A stretch of DNA of 64,000 bases from positions 50,573 through 114,572 of the forward strand of contig CBIHOM010000010.1 in the NCBI GenBank assembly GCA_966212075.1. Direction: 5' to 3'. The DNA is from an uncultured Fluviicola sp. (GTDB taxonomy: Bacteria; Bacteroidota; Bacteroidia; Flavobacteriales_D; Crocinitomicaceae). A program made the position numbers and the translations under genes. The notes under the pieces are model-generated. The model worked only from the letters and a program-made list of their open reading frames with translations, was not told where the DNA came from and ran no database searches. Below, in pieces: positions 46,446-58,407 of this stretch. Numbering within the stretch: the stretch's first letter is position 1; the number at the start of each line of letters is the position of its first letter.

Positions 46446-49247
46446 TTAACGCAATAAATTCACGTGTCCCAATTGCTCCCTTTTTTCATCACTTGATGAA
46501 GTCTTGTATTTAATTTTCCAAGTATACATTCCTTCTTTACAAGCAATTCCTTTATATGTACCATCCCAACCTTGTTCTGTGTCAGTCGTTTTAAAAACAG
46601 ACTCACCCCAGCGGTTGAAGATCTCCAATTCGTATTGATTTTTATCTACTCCCGAAGTAACGATCGGAAGGAAAACAGGATTAAATTGATTCCCATCCGG
46701 AGTAAATGAATTCGGTGCATACAAAATTACACCTTTTTCCATTAATATCACCTTCGTAATTGAATCTACACAACCATGTTCTGAAATTGCGACCAATGTA
46801 ACCAGGAAATTTTGTTCAGGCTCTACCACAAAAGTATGTGTCGGACTAAAATCATTTGAAATTTCTGTTCCGTCACCAAAGTTCCAGATGTACTGGGTTG
46901 CTCCGGTCGATAAGTTTACCAGGTCAGATTCCGGAGAAATGACGGAAATCACTCCTGGATTTGCCGTAAATGCAGCATCCGGATTCGGATATACACAAAT
47001 AAAACTCGGATAAGTTTGTGACCAAACACACCCCAATGCGGTAGTTGAGGTGACAGTAACATCATAACACCCCTGGTTTTCATACAGGTTTGTCACCGTA
47101 TCATTCGTACTTGACAACGTGTTCCCATCCCCGAAGACCCATTGTGTATTCACGCTTGGTGTACCCGTTGAATTATTAAAGATCTTTGCCGTAAAAGGTT
47201 CACAAGCAGGTCCTGAAGCAGGTGCAATTGCAAATGTAACCGGTTCTTCAATGGTAACAACCACCTGGTCCGTATTATCACAGCCTGCAGCAGAAGTACC
47301 TGTGACTGTATATGTCAGGGTATTTGCCGGTATAAAGGACACATTATCGGTAATTCCGTTATCCCAGGCGTAAGTGCTTGCTCCTGATCCGGCCAGAACC
47401 GTGGAAGATCCTTCACAAATGATTTGATCCGGTCCTGCGTTTACATTTGGCAGCGGATTCACTGTTAAAATAACAGTATCCAACCCGAAACAATTCGAAG
47501 CATCATAGCCATGCAGAACAATTGTATACGTCCCCACATTTGGAACATAAGCTTGTCCGTCTGTAATTCCGTTATCCCAGGTGTAAGTAGTTGCAGCCCC
47601 TGTTCCTGTAAACGTAACGGAAGTATTCTCACAAACTGTCACATCAGGCCCTGCTGAAATAACCGGTGCAGGAAGGAACGTAACCATTAAGGAATCTTTA
47701 TTTACACAGCCATTTGCATCCGTTCCTGTTACAATGTATTTTCCGTCAACGGTTGGTATAAAAGGTGTCCCGTTTACTGCGCCATTATTCCAGGTATAGG
47801 AAACAGCACCTGAACCATTTAAAGTCATGGTAGTGTACGGACAAAGTTGCTGATCAACTCCGGCTTCCACCGCAGGAAGATCATATACTGTAATGTTTCT
47901 TACACGTGTATGCGTACAACTGTCTTCATTCATGGCGATCAGGGTAATCGTATACGTTCCGGCAGTCTGATACACATGCGTTGGATTGGCAGCAGTCTCC
48001 AATGGAGTTCCATCCCCAAAGTCCCAGGAATATGTCATATTTTGATTGATCAGATCCGTAGAAGTATTCGTCACTGTAACCGGTGCCAGAACACAGGTAT
48101 TCGGAACGGTAAAATCTGCTGTTGGGATGGATTTCACCGTTACCTGCTGGATAATGGTATCCCGGCAGCCCGCTGTTTCATACGAAATCAAACGCACATT
48201 ATAAACTCCCGGTGTGGCATAAGTATGATTCGGACTTGATTGAGTTGAAGTGGTATTGTCTCCAAAGTTCCACAGGTTGGCAATAATGAAATTGTTATTT
48301 ACCGTAGACGTATTGGTAAACTGCACATTTAATTGCCCGCAGTTTTGAGTGTAAGTATAATTCGGTGCCACAATTGTAGGCTCCACTTCCACATCTACGG
48401 AAACCGAACAGGATCCCATGTTTGTTTGTGTTGTCAATTGACAGGAGTATATCGTTCCTGTAGCAGGGTTTGGAATTGTAATAGAAGGAGTTGTCGCTCC
48501 ATTGCTCCATAAATAAGTACTGAATCCTGTCGGAGCAGTCAATACCGCATTATTTGTTCCCTGGCAATATTGAACGGTTAATTTCAAAGGTTGGCAACTC
48601 ATTGTCACATATGCGTAACCGAAATGTCCGGAAAGACTGCAATCCCTGGTAGCAAATTCAATCTGGATCGTTTGACCGATAAACGATGATAGATCCAAAG
48701 CAGCTGTGGACCAATTCAACCAGGTAACATCTCCGCAGACTTGAAAGTTTTGTCCTGGCTGCCCACCATACACATCATAAACCCCACAAGGACCTCCGAT
48801 TTCATTACCTGACTGATCCAATACTTTAATACTCAACCGGGGTTGTTCATTCGGTGCATGACCTGAAGGATTCTCCAAAACTGCAGCGTATTTGTAAATC
48901 AACAATGAATTATCTATAGTTACAGGCATGGTGTATCTTATAGCCTCTGCTTCTGCATTGGTAGCATTGTTTCCCACCCTCGCCACGACAAAGGATCCCG
49001 GGGGAAGAATCTGTAAACCACCACAGGTATATGGATCAACTCCAGGTGTACTGATAATTGTATGTCTTCCGCTAACAATCCCAGGTACCGAAAACGGATT
49101 CGTATAATCCCCTGTAAAACCATTCCAGTTATTAAATCCTCCCTGAGAAAAGTTCGCGTTCGGGCAAGCTGGTTGCGTTTGAGTATAAGCAGTCATTGAT
49201 ATTAAGCTGAAAAACATCAACTTAACAAAATTTTTCTTCACAATCAT
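46446..49247 (-). CDS. T9SS type-B cargo with PKD domains (gliding-motility-associated C-terminal domain)
   Basis: WNFGDN/WDFGDG PKD motifs; C-terminal APNSFTPDGNQFN..IFNRWGE..WDG..GHVNLLR. Confidence 0.93.
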   Translation of the reverse strand: MIVKKNFVKLMFFSLISMTAYTQTQPACPNANFSQGGFNNWNGFTGDYTNPFSVPGIVSGRHTIISTPGVDPYTCGGLQILPPGSFVVARVGNNATNAEAEAIRYTMPVTIDNSLLIYKYAAVLENPSGHAPNEQPRLSIKVLDQSGNEIGGPCGVYDVYGGQPGQNFQVCGDVTWLNWSTAALDLSSFIGQTIQIEFATRDCSLSGHFGYAYVTMSCQPLKLTVQYCQGTNNAVLTAPTGFSTYLWSNGATTPSITIPNPATGTIYSCQLTTQTNMGSCSVSVDVEVEPTIVAPNYTYTQNCGQLNVQFTNTSTVNNNFIIANLWNFGDNTTSTQSSPNHTYATPGVYNVRLISYETAGCRDTIIQQVTVKSIPTADFTVPNTCVLAPVTVTNTSTDLINQNMTYSWDFGDGTPLETAANPTHVYQTAGTYTITLIAMNEDSCTHTRVRNITVYDLPAVEAGVDQQLCPYTTMTLNGSGAVSYTWNNGAVNGTPFIPTVDGKYIVTGTDANGCVNKDSLMVTFLPAPVISAGPDVTVCENTSVTFTGTGAATTYTWDNGITDGQAYVPNVGTYTIVLHGYDASNCFGLDTVILTVNPLPNVNAGPDQIICEGSSTVLAGSGASTYAWDNGITDNVSFIPANTLTYTVTGTSAAGCDNTDQVVVTIEEPVTFAIAPASGPACEPFTAKIFNNSTGTPSVNTQWVFGDGNTLSSTNDTVTNLYENQGCYDVTVTSTTALGCVWSQTYPSFICVYPNPDAAFTANPGVISVISPESDLVNLSTGATQYIWNFGDGTEISNDFSPTHTFVVEPEQNFLVTLVAISEHGCVDSITKVILMEKGVILYAPNSFTPDGNQFNPVFLPIVTSGVDKNQYELEIFNRWGESVFKTTDTEQGWDGTYKGIACKEGMYTWKIKYKTSSSDEKREQLGHVNLLR

Positions 49248-49471
49248 TTAATAATCATTAATTGATACACCAAAGTTACGGAAGAATGAAGCGATAGTTG
49301 CCTTTAAATGAATTTGATTTTGTTAAAAATAACAGGTATTAAAGGAATGTTAAAGATATTTACATTTAACTAAAGCTGTCGTTAAAAATTGAAAAGCAAT
49401 CATCAATGATAAATAACCTAATTATCAAGGAGCAATCCTCTTCTTTATAATTAATAATGGATAATTTTTCC

Positions 49472-50362
49472 CTAAATATAACTGTGTTTTTCTTTCAGGT
49501 AGCTTAATGTTTGCCCTTCTAATGAATCAGCTGCAGGTTGATAATTGTATTCCCACTCCGCAACTGGTGGCATACTCATCAAAATAGATTCAGTTCTTCC
49601 GCCGGAATACAAACCGAATTTGGTACCCCGGTCAAATGCCAGGTTAAATTCAGCGTAACGACCTCTGCGGTAGTTCATCCATTGCTTTTCAGACTCGGTA
49701 AACGGTTTGTTTTTACCCCAATTTGCCTGTTCTTCGTAAAGAAATGGAAAACTTTCTCCCAAATCCACACAGAAACGGAACAATTGTTCTTTATTGAGTT
49801 GAAAGTGATTATTCAGATGATCAAAGAAAATCCCTCCCACACCTCGCGTTTCGGATCTGTGGGGCAAATAGAAATATTCGTCTGCCCATTCCTTGAACTT
49901 CGGATAGAATGACTCATCGTACTTATTGCAAACCGCTCTTAACTTTTGATGAAAAGAAACAGCTTGTTCGTGGATCACATAATGAGGAGTCAAATCAATT
50001 CCCCCGCCAAACCAGTGGATCCCGTTATCCAATTCAAAATAGCGTACGTTCATATGAATGATCGGAACATGCGGATTATTGGGATGCAAAACAATCGAAA
50101 CACCGGTTGCATAGAAGTGATTCCCATCCAATTTCAATTGTGTTTTCATTTCTTCCGTTACAGGCCCGTGAACTTCCGAGAAAGCCACTCCGCCCTTTTC
50201 AATCACCGATCCGTTCCGAATGGTTCGTGTCTTACCACCACCACCTTCTGCACGGTCCCAGGCATCTTCAGAGAACTTAGCACTTCCGTCAATGCGTTCC
50301 AGCTCATTGCAAATAAATAATTGCAAGGCGCGAAATTCCTGTCCGATTGTCTCCTTATTCAT
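49472..50362 (-). CDS. hemF: Oxygen-dependent coproporphyrinogen III oxidase
   Basis: EKGGVAFS, VLHPNNPHVPIIHMNVRY, WFGGGIDLTP, RRGRYAEFNL..DRGT, ESILMSMP. Confidence 0.97.
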   Translation of the reverse strand: MNKETIGQEFRALQLFICNELERIDGSAKFSEDAWDRAEGGGGKTRTIRNGSVIEKGGVAFSEVHGPVTEEMKTQLKLDGNHFYATGVSIVLHPNNPHVPIIHMNVRYFELDNGIHWFGGGIDLTPHYVIHEQAVSFHQKLRAVCNKYDESFYPKFKEWADEYFYLPHRSETRGVGGIFFDHLNNHFQLNKEQLFRFCVDLGESFPFLYEEQANWGKNKPFTESEKQWMNYRRGRYAEFNLAFDRGTKFGLYSGGRTESILMSMPPVAEWEYNYQPAADSLEGQTLSYLKEKHSYI

Positions 50363-52127
50363 AGAAAACTCCAACTCGAATTAATTCATAATCCTCGTGT
50401 TTCAAAATAAAGCACGATTGATTTTCATATCCTCCGCCCGGGGTAGCAGCTTTCAGATCAAATGCATTAATCACTTCACTTGACACCTCTTCTTTCATCA
50501 GCAGGGTCTTAGTAAAATAATACACAACATCAAAACCATGAGCTCCGGCTTTATTCATGTCTGCTCTGTATTTCTTGCGGTACAAACGAAGCAGGGTTTG
50601 CGTATCAGGTAAAGAATAATTCAAATCACTGGAAGAAGCCCAGGTAATTTTGTATTTTGTCTTGTAATACCCGGAAACATCGTCAAAACCTCCCCACTCT
50701 TTTACACCAAACACCGTGACATCTGCATTCGGTGCTTTTCCAACAGCTTTATGCAGGGAATTAATGAAACTGATTACTTTACCTTTGTCGCGTGATGGAA
50801 AAACTACCACTGATTCACCGCTTTTCCGGATAAAGGTCGTAAAATCGGAAGTTTTTGCCTCGATCAATTTGATATTTCCGTTCTTTTTGGAAAGTTCAAT
50901 AAAGCGTTTTCTATAAGCATCAAATAATTCCTGATCCTTTGAATTTCCAGGGTTCACGAGAATAATCTGTGCCGTCTTAAATTTGTCAATCGTATATTTT
51001 GCCAACACCTCTTGTTGCGTCATATCCGAAGTAACCGACGCATAGATGTATGGATTGTTCTTCAATAATGAAGAGTTGCACGCAGAAGGACAAACCATAC
51101 GGATCTTTTGCTGTCCGCACCATCTTCCTACAATGTCTGCACTTTGTGGGACCAGGGGTCCGAAAACCAAATCCATCCCTTTCATTTCTGCAGTATTCAG
51201 GACTTTCATAATTCCGACGGAGTCCAATGGCAGATCAATTACTTTAATCGTTGCATCAAACCCCAATTTTTCCAACGAATCGGCAGCGAGTTCAACTCCC
51301 ATATAAAACTCGGTCGCCAAATTTCTAAGGGCTGAATTTCCTGATTTATCATTCAATCCGAAACTCAATAATACTGCAATGTTGTATTTCGCCTTGGACT
51401 TGAAGATCAACTCCTCATCCACTTTACGAATTTCCTCTTTCGGCTGGACTTCACGGATTTGAACTTGTTTTACATTCTCCTTTTTCAATGGAATTCGTAA
51501 AATGTCTCCCGATTTGATATTCGTTGACTTCAGGTTGTTGAACTTCTGAAGTTCATTCACCGGAACCATGAATCGTTTGGAAATCGTATATAAGGTCTCG
51601 CTTGCTTTTACTTCATACACCAAAACCGTATCCGTAAAGGTAACCGATGGAACCGAAACAGCCGGTTTGTCAACTTGTTTCGGTGGAACCGTTTCAGTAG
51701 TTGGCGGAACAATTACTTTGAGGACTTGTCCTACTTTTAGTCCTTTGTCAATGCCAGGATTATACTTCAATAGATCATCTACGGAAGCATTGTATTTCTT
51801 CGCAATCGAAAATGCTGTTTCACCTTTTTCAACTGTGTGTTCTCTTACAATCGTCCCGCTTTGGACCTTCATATCAGCTCCTCCAAGCGGGATCAGGTAA
51901 CGGTACCCTTCCTTGACTCCTTTTTCAATTCCCGGATTCGCGGCAACTATATCGTCTACCGGAACATTATACGTCGTGTGAATTCCCCACAAGGTATTTC
52001 CGGCTTGAGCAATGTGAACCGCATATTTCTTTCCGTTGGAATATTCATACACCCAATCTTTTGTATCGACCTGCGCAAATACTCCTTTTGAAAAGAAAAG
52101 GACACAGAGAAAAATGAAGTACTTCAT
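50355..52127 (-). CDS. LysM-repeat protein with periplasmic-binding-protein-like C-terminus
   Basis: Three LysM motifs (GNTLWGI, GETAFSIA, SETLYTIS); YNIAVLL..GPL domain. Confidence 0.88.
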   Translation of the reverse strand: MKYFIFLCVLFFSKGVFAQVDTKDWVYEYSNGKKYAVHIAQAGNTLWGIHTTYNVPVDDIVAANPGIEKGVKEGYRYLIPLGGADMKVQSGTIVREHTVEKGETAFSIAKKYNASVDDLLKYNPGIDKGLKVGQVLKVIVPPTTETVPPKQVDKPAVSVPSVTFTDTVLVYEVKASETLYTISKRFMVPVNELQKFNNLKSTNIKSGDILRIPLKKENVKQVQIREVQPKEEIRKVDEELIFKSKAKYNIAVLLSFGLNDKSGNSALRNLATEFYMGVELAADSLEKLGFDATIKVIDLPLDSVGIMKVLNTAEMKGMDLVFGPLVPQSADIVGRWCGQQKIRMVCPSACNSSLLKNNPYIYASVTSDMTQQEVLAKYTIDKFKTAQIILVNPGNSKDQELFDAYRKRFIELSKKNGNIKLIEAKTSDFTTFIRKSGESVVVFPSRDKGKVISFINSLHKAVGKAPNADVTVFGVKEWGGFDDVSGYYKTKYKITWASSSDLNYSLPDTQTLLRLYRKKYRADMNKAGAHGFDVVYYFTKTLLMKEEVSSEVINAFDLKAATPGGGYENQSCFILKHEDYELIRVGVFYE

Positions 52128-52172
52128 AGTTTAAAAAATAATGGTTCTTTTAATCCAGGAATTGTGCCGCAA

Positions 52173-53705
52173 TTATTCCCATTCAATAGTTGCAGGTGGC
52201 TTGGAACTGATATCGTATGTGACACGATTAATTCCTTTCACCTGGTTAATAATTTTATTCGAGATCAATGCAAGAAACTCATATGGTAAATGGCACCAAT
52301 CTGCCGTCATACCATCCGTAGAACTAACTGCTCTAAGAGCTACTGCATTTTCATAGGTTCTTTCGTCTCCCATTACTCCTACGGATTGGATTGGCAAGAA
52401 AATAGCTCCGGCCTGCCATACATCGTTGTAAAGCCCGTGTTCTTTTAGTCCGTCAATAAAGATCGCGTCCACTTCCTGTAAAATACGCACTTTCTCAGCC
52501 GTCACTTCTCCCAGGATACGGATTCCTAGTCCGGGCCCCGGGAAAGGATGCCTGTTCAAAATATTCTCCGGTAAATTCAACGATTTCCCAACCCGTCTTA
52601 CCTCATCTTTGAATAACAGTCTCAACGGTTCAACGACCTGAAGTTTCATATAATCCGGTAAACCACCCACGTTGTGGTGCGATTTAATGGTTTGTGAAGG
52701 GCCGCCGTTTACGGAAACCGATTCGATGACATCCGGGTAAATAGTTCCTTGTCCCAGCCACTTGGCATCTGTTACCAGTTTGGATTCTGCATCAAACACA
52801 TCAATGAATACTTTCCCGATTGCTTTGCGTTTCAATTCAGGATCAGTCAAACCGGCAAGTGCCGAATAGAACTCTTCAGAAGCATCCACTCCTTTTACAT
52901 TCAATCCTAAACCTTTATAACTTTCCAACACAGAATTGAACTCATTTTTACGAAGTAATCCGTTATCTACGAAAATACAATGCAAACGATCCCCGATAGC
53001 TTTATGAAGCAACATCGCTGCCACAGAAGAGTCCACTCCTCCCGAAAGCCCCAGGATTACTTTATCGTTCCCTAATTTTGCTCTTAATTCTGTTACGGTA
53101 CTTTCAACAAACGAATCCGGTGTCCAGTTTTGAGAACAGCCACAAATCTCAACTATAAAGTTTCGTAACAGGATTGCACCTTCCAGTGAGTGATATACTT
53201 CCGGGTGGAACTGGATCCCATACGTTGTTTCTCCTTTAATCGTATAACCAGCAAACTCTACATCTTTTGTTGATGCAATAAGCTCGAAAGATTCCGGTAC
53301 TTTCTTAATAGTATCCCCGTGACTCATCCAAACCTGCGAACCAATAGACATTCCTTTCACCAATTCATTGGATTTGTCTAAGAAAGAAAGATTTGCACGA
53401 CCATACTCTCTGGTTGTTGAAGGAAGTACCTCTCCTCCGAAATGATGAGCCATATACTGTGCTCCGAAACACACTCCAAGCAAAGGATATTTCCCTCTAA
53501 TCGCACTTAAATCAGGTTTTGGAGATTCCGGGTCTCTTGTCGAGAAAGGACTTCCTGACAAAATCACACCTTTCACATGTGCATCCAATTCCGGAATTTT
53601 ATTCCACGGATGGATTTCACAATAAACATTCAATTCACGTACTCGGCGCGCAATCAACTGGGTGTATTGGGAGCCAAAATCAAGGATAAGGATCATTTCT
53701 TGCAT
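52173..53705 (-). CDS. guaA: GMP synthase (glutamine-hydrolysing)
   Basis: [48 protein letters not shown]; TATCTTTG -7 box supports the 53705 start. Confidence 0.98.
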   Translation of the reverse strand: MQEMILILDFGSQYTQLIARRVRELNVYCEIHPWNKIPELDAHVKGVILSGSPFSTRDPESPKPDLSAIRGKYPLLGVCFGAQYMAHHFGGEVLPSTTREYGRANLSFLDKSNELVKGMSIGSQVWMSHGDTIKKVPESFELIASTKDVEFAGYTIKGETTYGIQFHPEVYHSLEGAILLRNFIVEICGCSQNWTPDSFVESTVTELRAKLGNDKVILGLSGGVDSSVAAMLLHKAIGDRLHCIFVDNGLLRKNEFNSVLESYKGLGLNVKGVDASEEFYSALAGLTDPELKRKAIGKVFIDVFDAESKLVTDAKWLGQGTIYPDVIESVSVNGGPSQTIKSHHNVGGLPDYMKLQVVEPLRLLFKDEVRRVGKSLNLPENILNRHPFPGPGLGIRILGEVTAEKVRILQEVDAIFIDGLKEHGLYNDVWQAGAIFLPIQSVGVMGDERTYENAVALRAVSSTDGMTADWCHLPYEFLALISNKIINQVKGINRVTYDISSKPPATIEWE

Positions 53706-53904
53706 GCGCAAAGATAAGGCATATTCGCGACATGCAATACCGACATTTTGAAATTGTTTCCAACAAAGTGACTGACAATAAAACTTCATTCAAGACAATC
53801 TGTCAGTTTAAAAACTTTTGGAATAATTTATGACAGAGAGCAGGCATTAATCAAAGAAGCATCGGGAATTTCACTATTTTTGACTTCTATTTATAAGAAA
53901 CACC

Positions 53905-56900
53905 ATGTTAGGAGGAATTTTAAAAAAGATCTTAGGCGATAAGTCAGCTACTGACCAAAAAAAATACCAACCTGTTATTCAACAAGTTGGAGCTATATTT
54001 AACACCTTACAAAACGAGTCTGACGACGCTTTACGTGGTAGAACTATCAAGTTTAAACAAAAAGTTCAGGATGCTATTGCAGGTTTGGAAGCAGAAATTG
54101 CTGACTTAACTCAAAAAGCAAATGATGTCAATATGCCTTTGCATCAGAAAGAAGCGATCTATGAAACTATCGATGCAAAGGAAAAGGAAGTCAATGTAAT
54201 CATTGAAAAGACCCTGGAAGAAATTCTTCCCGAAGCATTTGCAGTAGTAAAAGAAACGGCAAGACGCTGGGCAGTGAATGGCCAGTTGACCGTTACAGCA
54301 ACGGAACTGGATAAAGAACTTGCAACCAGAAAGGACGGAATTACGATCGAAGGAGATAAAGCGATCTGGAGCAACAAATGGACTGCTGCCGGAGCTGCTG
54401 TTGAATGGGTCATGGTCCATTACGACGTTCAGTTAATGGGTGGAGCTGTACTACACAGAGGAAATATTGCCGAGATGCAAACGGGTGAAGGTAAAACATT
54501 GGTAGCAACGCTTCCGGTTTACCTCAATGCCTTGTCCGGAAAAGGAGTTCACGTAGTAACTGTGAACGACTACCTGGCAAAACGTGACTCCGAATGGATG
54601 GGACCTTTGTACCAATTCCATGGTCTAACGGTAGATTGTATCGACAAACACCAGCCAAACTCCGAAGCTCGCAGACAAGCTTATATGGCCGATATCACAT
54701 TCGGGACCAACAATGAATTCGGTTTCGACTACCTGCGTGATAACATGGCAAGTGCCGTGGAAGATCTTGTTCAAAGAAAACACCATTTTGCTATTGTCGA
54801 TGAGGTCGATTCCGTATTGATCGATGATGCCCGTACACCGTTGATCATTTCCGGTCCTACCCCAAAAGGTGACCAACACGAATTCTACGAATTGAAACCA
54901 CGTGTTGAATTGATCGTTGAAGCTCAACGTAAATATGTGAACCAGGCTTTGGCCGATGCAAAAAGATTGTTGACCGTAATTAACGGTGGGACAGTTGAAG
55001 GAATGGACCAAAAAACCGCTTTGGAACAAGGTGGAATTGCACTCCTTCGTGCGCACAGAGGTTTACCTAAAAACAAAGCATTGCATAAATTCCTTTCGGA
55101 ACCGGGTATTAAATCTCACTTACAAAAAGTCGAGAACCAATACATGGCTGAGCAGGGAAGACAAATGAAGAAAATCGACGTGGAATTATTCTTCGTGATC
55201 GATGAAAAACAAAATACCGTTGAATTAACGGAAAAAGGAATTGACCTGATCTCCGGAAATGAAGACCGTAATTTCTTCGTGATGCCGGATATTTCATCTG
55301 AGATCGCTCAATTGCAAAAACAAAACCTTCCGAAAGAAGAGTTTGCAGATAAAAAAGAGGTATTGATCCGCGATTACACGGTAAAATCCGAGCGTATCCA
55401 CTCTGTTTCCCAGTTATTGAAAGCGTATGCCCTTTTCGAAAAAGAAGTGGAATACGTGATCATGGACGGGAAGATCAAGATCGTTGATGAATCTACGGGT
55501 CGTATCATGGAAGGCCGCCGTTATTCAGACGGATTACACCAGGCGATCGAAGCAAAAGAAAACGTTACAGTTGAAGCTGCAACACAAACCTATGCAACAG
55601 TTACACTTCAGAATTACTTCCGTATGTACCACAAATTGGCGGGTATGACAGGTACAGCTGAAACTGAAGCAAAAGAATTCTGGGACATTTACAAATTAGA
55701 CGTGGTAGTAATTCCTACCAACCGTCCGATTGCCCGTAAGGATGACAATGATTTGGTGTTCAAAACTGCCCGTGAAAAATACGCAGCAGTTATCGAAGAA
55801 GTAAACAAATTGGTTCAAGCCGGAAGACCGGTATTGGTTGGTACAACAACTGTCGAGATTTCCGAGTTATTGAGCCGTATGCTTAAAATGCGTAATATTC
55901 CACACCAGGTATTGAACGCAAAATACCACCAAAAAGAAGCTGAAATTGTTGCAGAAGCAGGTAAAGCAGGAGCCGTGACCATTGCAACGAACATGGCGGG
56001 TCGTGGTACCGATATCAAATTAGGTGAAGGTGTTAAAGAGGCCGGTGGTTTGGCGATCATTGGTACGGAAAGACACGATTCGCGTCGTGTTGACAGACAG
56101 TTACGCGGTCGTTCCGGACGTCAGGGAGACCCGGGTTCATCTACTTTCTTCGTTTCATTGGAAGACGATTTGATGCGTAAGTTCGGTTCCGAGCGGATTG
56201 CAAAAATCATGGACCGTCTAGGTTTGAAAGAGGGTGAAGTGATTCAGCACAGCATGGTTTCGAGATCGATCGAACGTGCGCAGAAAAAAGTTGAAGAGAA
56301 TAACTTCGGTATCCGTAAACGATTATTGGAATACGACGACGTAATGAACGCTCAGCGTAAAGCTATTTACAAGAAGCGTCGCAATGCTTTATTCGGTGAC
56401 CGTTTGAGTGTGGATGTATCCAATATGTTCTACGACGTGATTGAAGGATTGGTAACTGCTCACCAGGGTGGTTCTTTCGAAGCATTCAACGTGGACATGA
56501 TCCGTATCATCGGTATCGATTCCCCGGTTTCTGAAGAACAGTTCAAATCAGCAAAATACGATGATCTTGTAAACGATTTGTACGATGGTGTAATGGAACA
56601 CTACAACAGAAAAAACAATCGTTTGGCTGAGATTGCTATGCCTCAGATCAAACATGTATACGAAACGATGTCTCAATACCAGAACATCCAGTTCCTTATT
56701 ACGGATGGCGTAAAAACGATGCCTTTGATCGTGAGCCTGAAAGAAGCATACGAATCCAATGGGGCTTCTGTTCCGAATGCATTGGAGCGTAACATTGTAT
56801 TGGGAATGATCGATAATGAATGGAAAGAGCACTTACGTGAAATGGATGATTTGCGTTCTTCTGTTCAACAAGCGGTTTACGAGCAAAAAGATCCGTTACT

Positions 56901-57255
56901 GATCTACAAATTGGAATCATTTGAATTGTTTAAAGCAATGAATGCCCGTTTGAGTAACGAAACGGTAGAATTCCTTGTAAAAGCGGACGTTCCGAGAGAT
57001 CAACTGGATGATATCCAGACAACGAACAAAGAAGTTGCCCAAAACAACTATGAAAAAGCGCAGATCGAATCTACTTCGTCCAGCACAGAAATGCCTCGTT
57101 TCAGCGGCAGCGAAGGTTATGAAGAAGCCATGCGCAATTCTGCACCACAACGCGAAAAACAACAACCGATCGTTTCAACAGAACCTAAGATCGGCCGAAA
57201 TGACCCTTGCCCTTGCGGAAGTGGAAAGAAATACAAACAATGTCACGGAAAATAA
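53905..57255 (+). CDS. secA: Preprotein translocase ATPase
   Basis: [52 protein letters not shown]-terminal [18 protein letters not shown]. Confidence 0.99.
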   Translation: MLGGILKKILGDKSATDQKKYQPVIQQVGAIFNTLQNESDDALRGRTIKFKQKVQDAIAGLEAEIADLTQKANDVNMPLHQKEAIYETIDAKEKEVNVIIEKTLEEILPEAFAVVKETARRWAVNGQLTVTATELDKELATRKDGITIEGDKAIWSNKWTAAGAAVEWVMVHYDVQLMGGAVLHRGNIAEMQTGEGKTLVATLPVYLNALSGKGVHVVTVNDYLAKRDSEWMGPLYQFHGLTVDCIDKHQPNSEARRQAYMADITFGTNNEFGFDYLRDNMASAVEDLVQRKHHFAIVDEVDSVLIDDARTPLIISGPTPKGDQHEFYELKPRVELIVEAQRKYVNQALADAKRLLTVINGGTVEGMDQKTALEQGGIALLRAHRGLPKNKALHKFLSEPGIKSHLQKVENQYMAEQGRQMKKIDVELFFVIDEKQNTVELTEKGIDLISGNEDRNFFVMPDISSEIAQLQKQNLPKEEFADKKEVLIRDYTVKSERIHSVSQLLKAYALFEKEVEYVIMDGKIKIVDESTGRIMEGRRYSDGLHQAIEAKENVTVEAATQTYATVTLQNYFRMYHKLAGMTGTAETEAKEFWDIYKLDVVVIPTNRPIARKDDNDLVFKTAREKYAAVIEEVNKLVQAGRPVLVGTTTVEISELLSRMLKMRNIPHQVLNAKYHQKEAEIVAEAGKAGAVTIATNMAGRGTDIKLGEGVKEAGGLAIIGTERHDSRRVDRQLRGRSGRQGDPGSSTFFVSLEDDLMRKFGSERIAKIMDRLGLKEGEVIQHSMVSRSIERAQKKVEENNFGIRKRLLEYDDVMNAQRKAIYKKRRNALFGDRLSVDVSNMFYDVIEGLVTAHQGGSFEAFNVDMIRIIGIDSPVSEEQFKSAKYDDLVNDLYDGVMEHYNRKNNRLAEIAMPQIKHVYETMSQYQNIQFLITDGVKTMPLIVSLKEAYESNGASVPNALERNIVLGMIDNEWKEHLREMDDLRSSVQQAVYEQKDPLLIYKLESFELFKAMNARLSNETVEFLVKADVPRDQLDDIQTTNKEVAQNNYEKAQIESTSSSTEMPRFSGSEGYEEAMRNSAPQREKQQPIVSTEPKIGRNDPCPCGSGKKYKQCHGK

Positions 57256-57260
57256 GATAC

Positions 57261-57288
57261 AAGGCGGTTCGAAAGAATCGCCTTTTTT
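57261..57288 (+). terminator. secA terminator
   Basis: aaggcggttc-gaaa-gaatcgcctttttt. Confidence 0.85.
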
Positions 57289-57313
57289 GTTAACCACTTA
57301 AAAACAACGCTTA

Positions 57314-57613
57314 CGCTGAAGCTTTAGCGAAGGCGCATAGGACACATAGTTTACAATACATTGTCTGTGAACAATGCAACTCTTTTGTCTATCATTTAAA
57401 AATTACACATTCAGTAGTTTTGACCTGTGCCTGGTGGTAAAATAATGACACTGATATGCTATGTGAACTATGTACCTATGTGGTTTAAAAAACGAGAGCA
57501 GAGCGAAACAGCAAATTGTAGTTTGAAATCCTGTATTCGGTATTCGAATCAAATTAATAAAAGCTATGTACTCTATGTATCTATGTGGTTTATTTATCCT
57601 TCCATGTGGTAAA
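57314..57613. repeat. CTATGT/ACATAG repeat arms plus a palindrome
   Basis: CGCTGAAGCTTTAGCG 57314-57329; CATAGGACACATAG 57336-57349; CTATGTGAACTATGTACCTATGTGGTTTAA 57459-57488; CTATGTACTCTATGTATCTATGTGGTTTA 57564-57592. Confidence 0.75.
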
Positions 57614-57644
57614 TGAAATCATGAATAAATTTTAACTTTGAAGC

Positions 57645-58406
57645 ATGAGCCAAAAATTAAAAATCGGAATTGTTGGAATGGGAAATGTGGGAATTCATTT
57701 CCTTCAGCGACTGATCGGATTGGGATACACTCACTTGACTGTTTACTCACGTTCAGGAAACAATTTACCCGCTTCCATGAATGCAAAAGATGTTCAATTC
57801 ACGAATGACTTCAAGGAATTTATTGATTTTGATATCGTATTTTGTGCTGTAAACGACAACACGATGGTTGAAATGGTCCAACTCATTTCGAAATATGCCC
57901 CGGTGGTATCTGTTTCCGGTACTGTAAACCTGAATCACTTGAAAACAAAATACCCGGTCGGGACCTTCTACCCGCTCCAAAGTTTCAAATCCGACCAAAG
58001 TATCCATTGGGATGGCTTACCACTTTTTATAGAAGCAGCAGACCTGAAATTCAATGCGTTCCTGATGAAACTTGCAAAGGAATTCAGCGGAAATGCGATC
58101 GAATTGTCGGAAGACAAGCGCCAGTATTTACATGTAGCAGCCGTATTTGCGAATAATTTCACGAACCACATCATTGATCTTGCGGCACATTATTGCGAGG
58201 AACATCAGATTGAGTTTGATTGGTTAAAGCCGCTTATCAATCAAACAATGGAGAAGATCCAAACCAATCATCCGCACGATATTTTGACCGGTCCGGCAGT
58301 CCGCAAAGATCAGAGCACGATCCAGAAACACCTGGAATTGTTGAAACCGGATCAGAAAAACATTTATCAAACATTGACTAAGAGTATTATCAAACACTAC
58401 AAATAA
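57645..58406 (+). CDS. Rossmann-fold + DUF2520 protein
   Basis: GIVGMGNVG, FYPLQSF, LHVAAVFANNFTNH, LTGPAVRKD. Confidence 0.92.
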   Translation: MSQKLKIGIVGMGNVGIHFLQRLIGLGYTHLTVYSRSGNNLPASMNAKDVQFTNDFKEFIDFDIVFCAVNDNTMVEMVQLISKYAPVVSVSGTVNLNHLKTKYPVGTFYPLQSFKSDQSIHWDGLPLFIEAADLKFNAFLMKLAKEFSGNAIELSEDKRQYLHVAAVFANNFTNHIIDLAAHYCEEHQIEFDWLKPLINQTMEKIQTNHPHDILTGPAVRKDQSTIQKHLELLKPDQKNIYQTLTKSIIKHYK

Positions 58407-58407
58407 G

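Noticed and set aside
53706-53904. Purine riboswitch upstream of guaA
   Set aside because: The -7 box lies a few nt from the start codon, leaving no leader; no aptamer motif seen
57427-57612. 61-aa ORF (MPGGKIM...YVPMW...YVSMW)
   Set aside because: Its recurring YV.MW motif is just the translation of the CTATGT repeat arms
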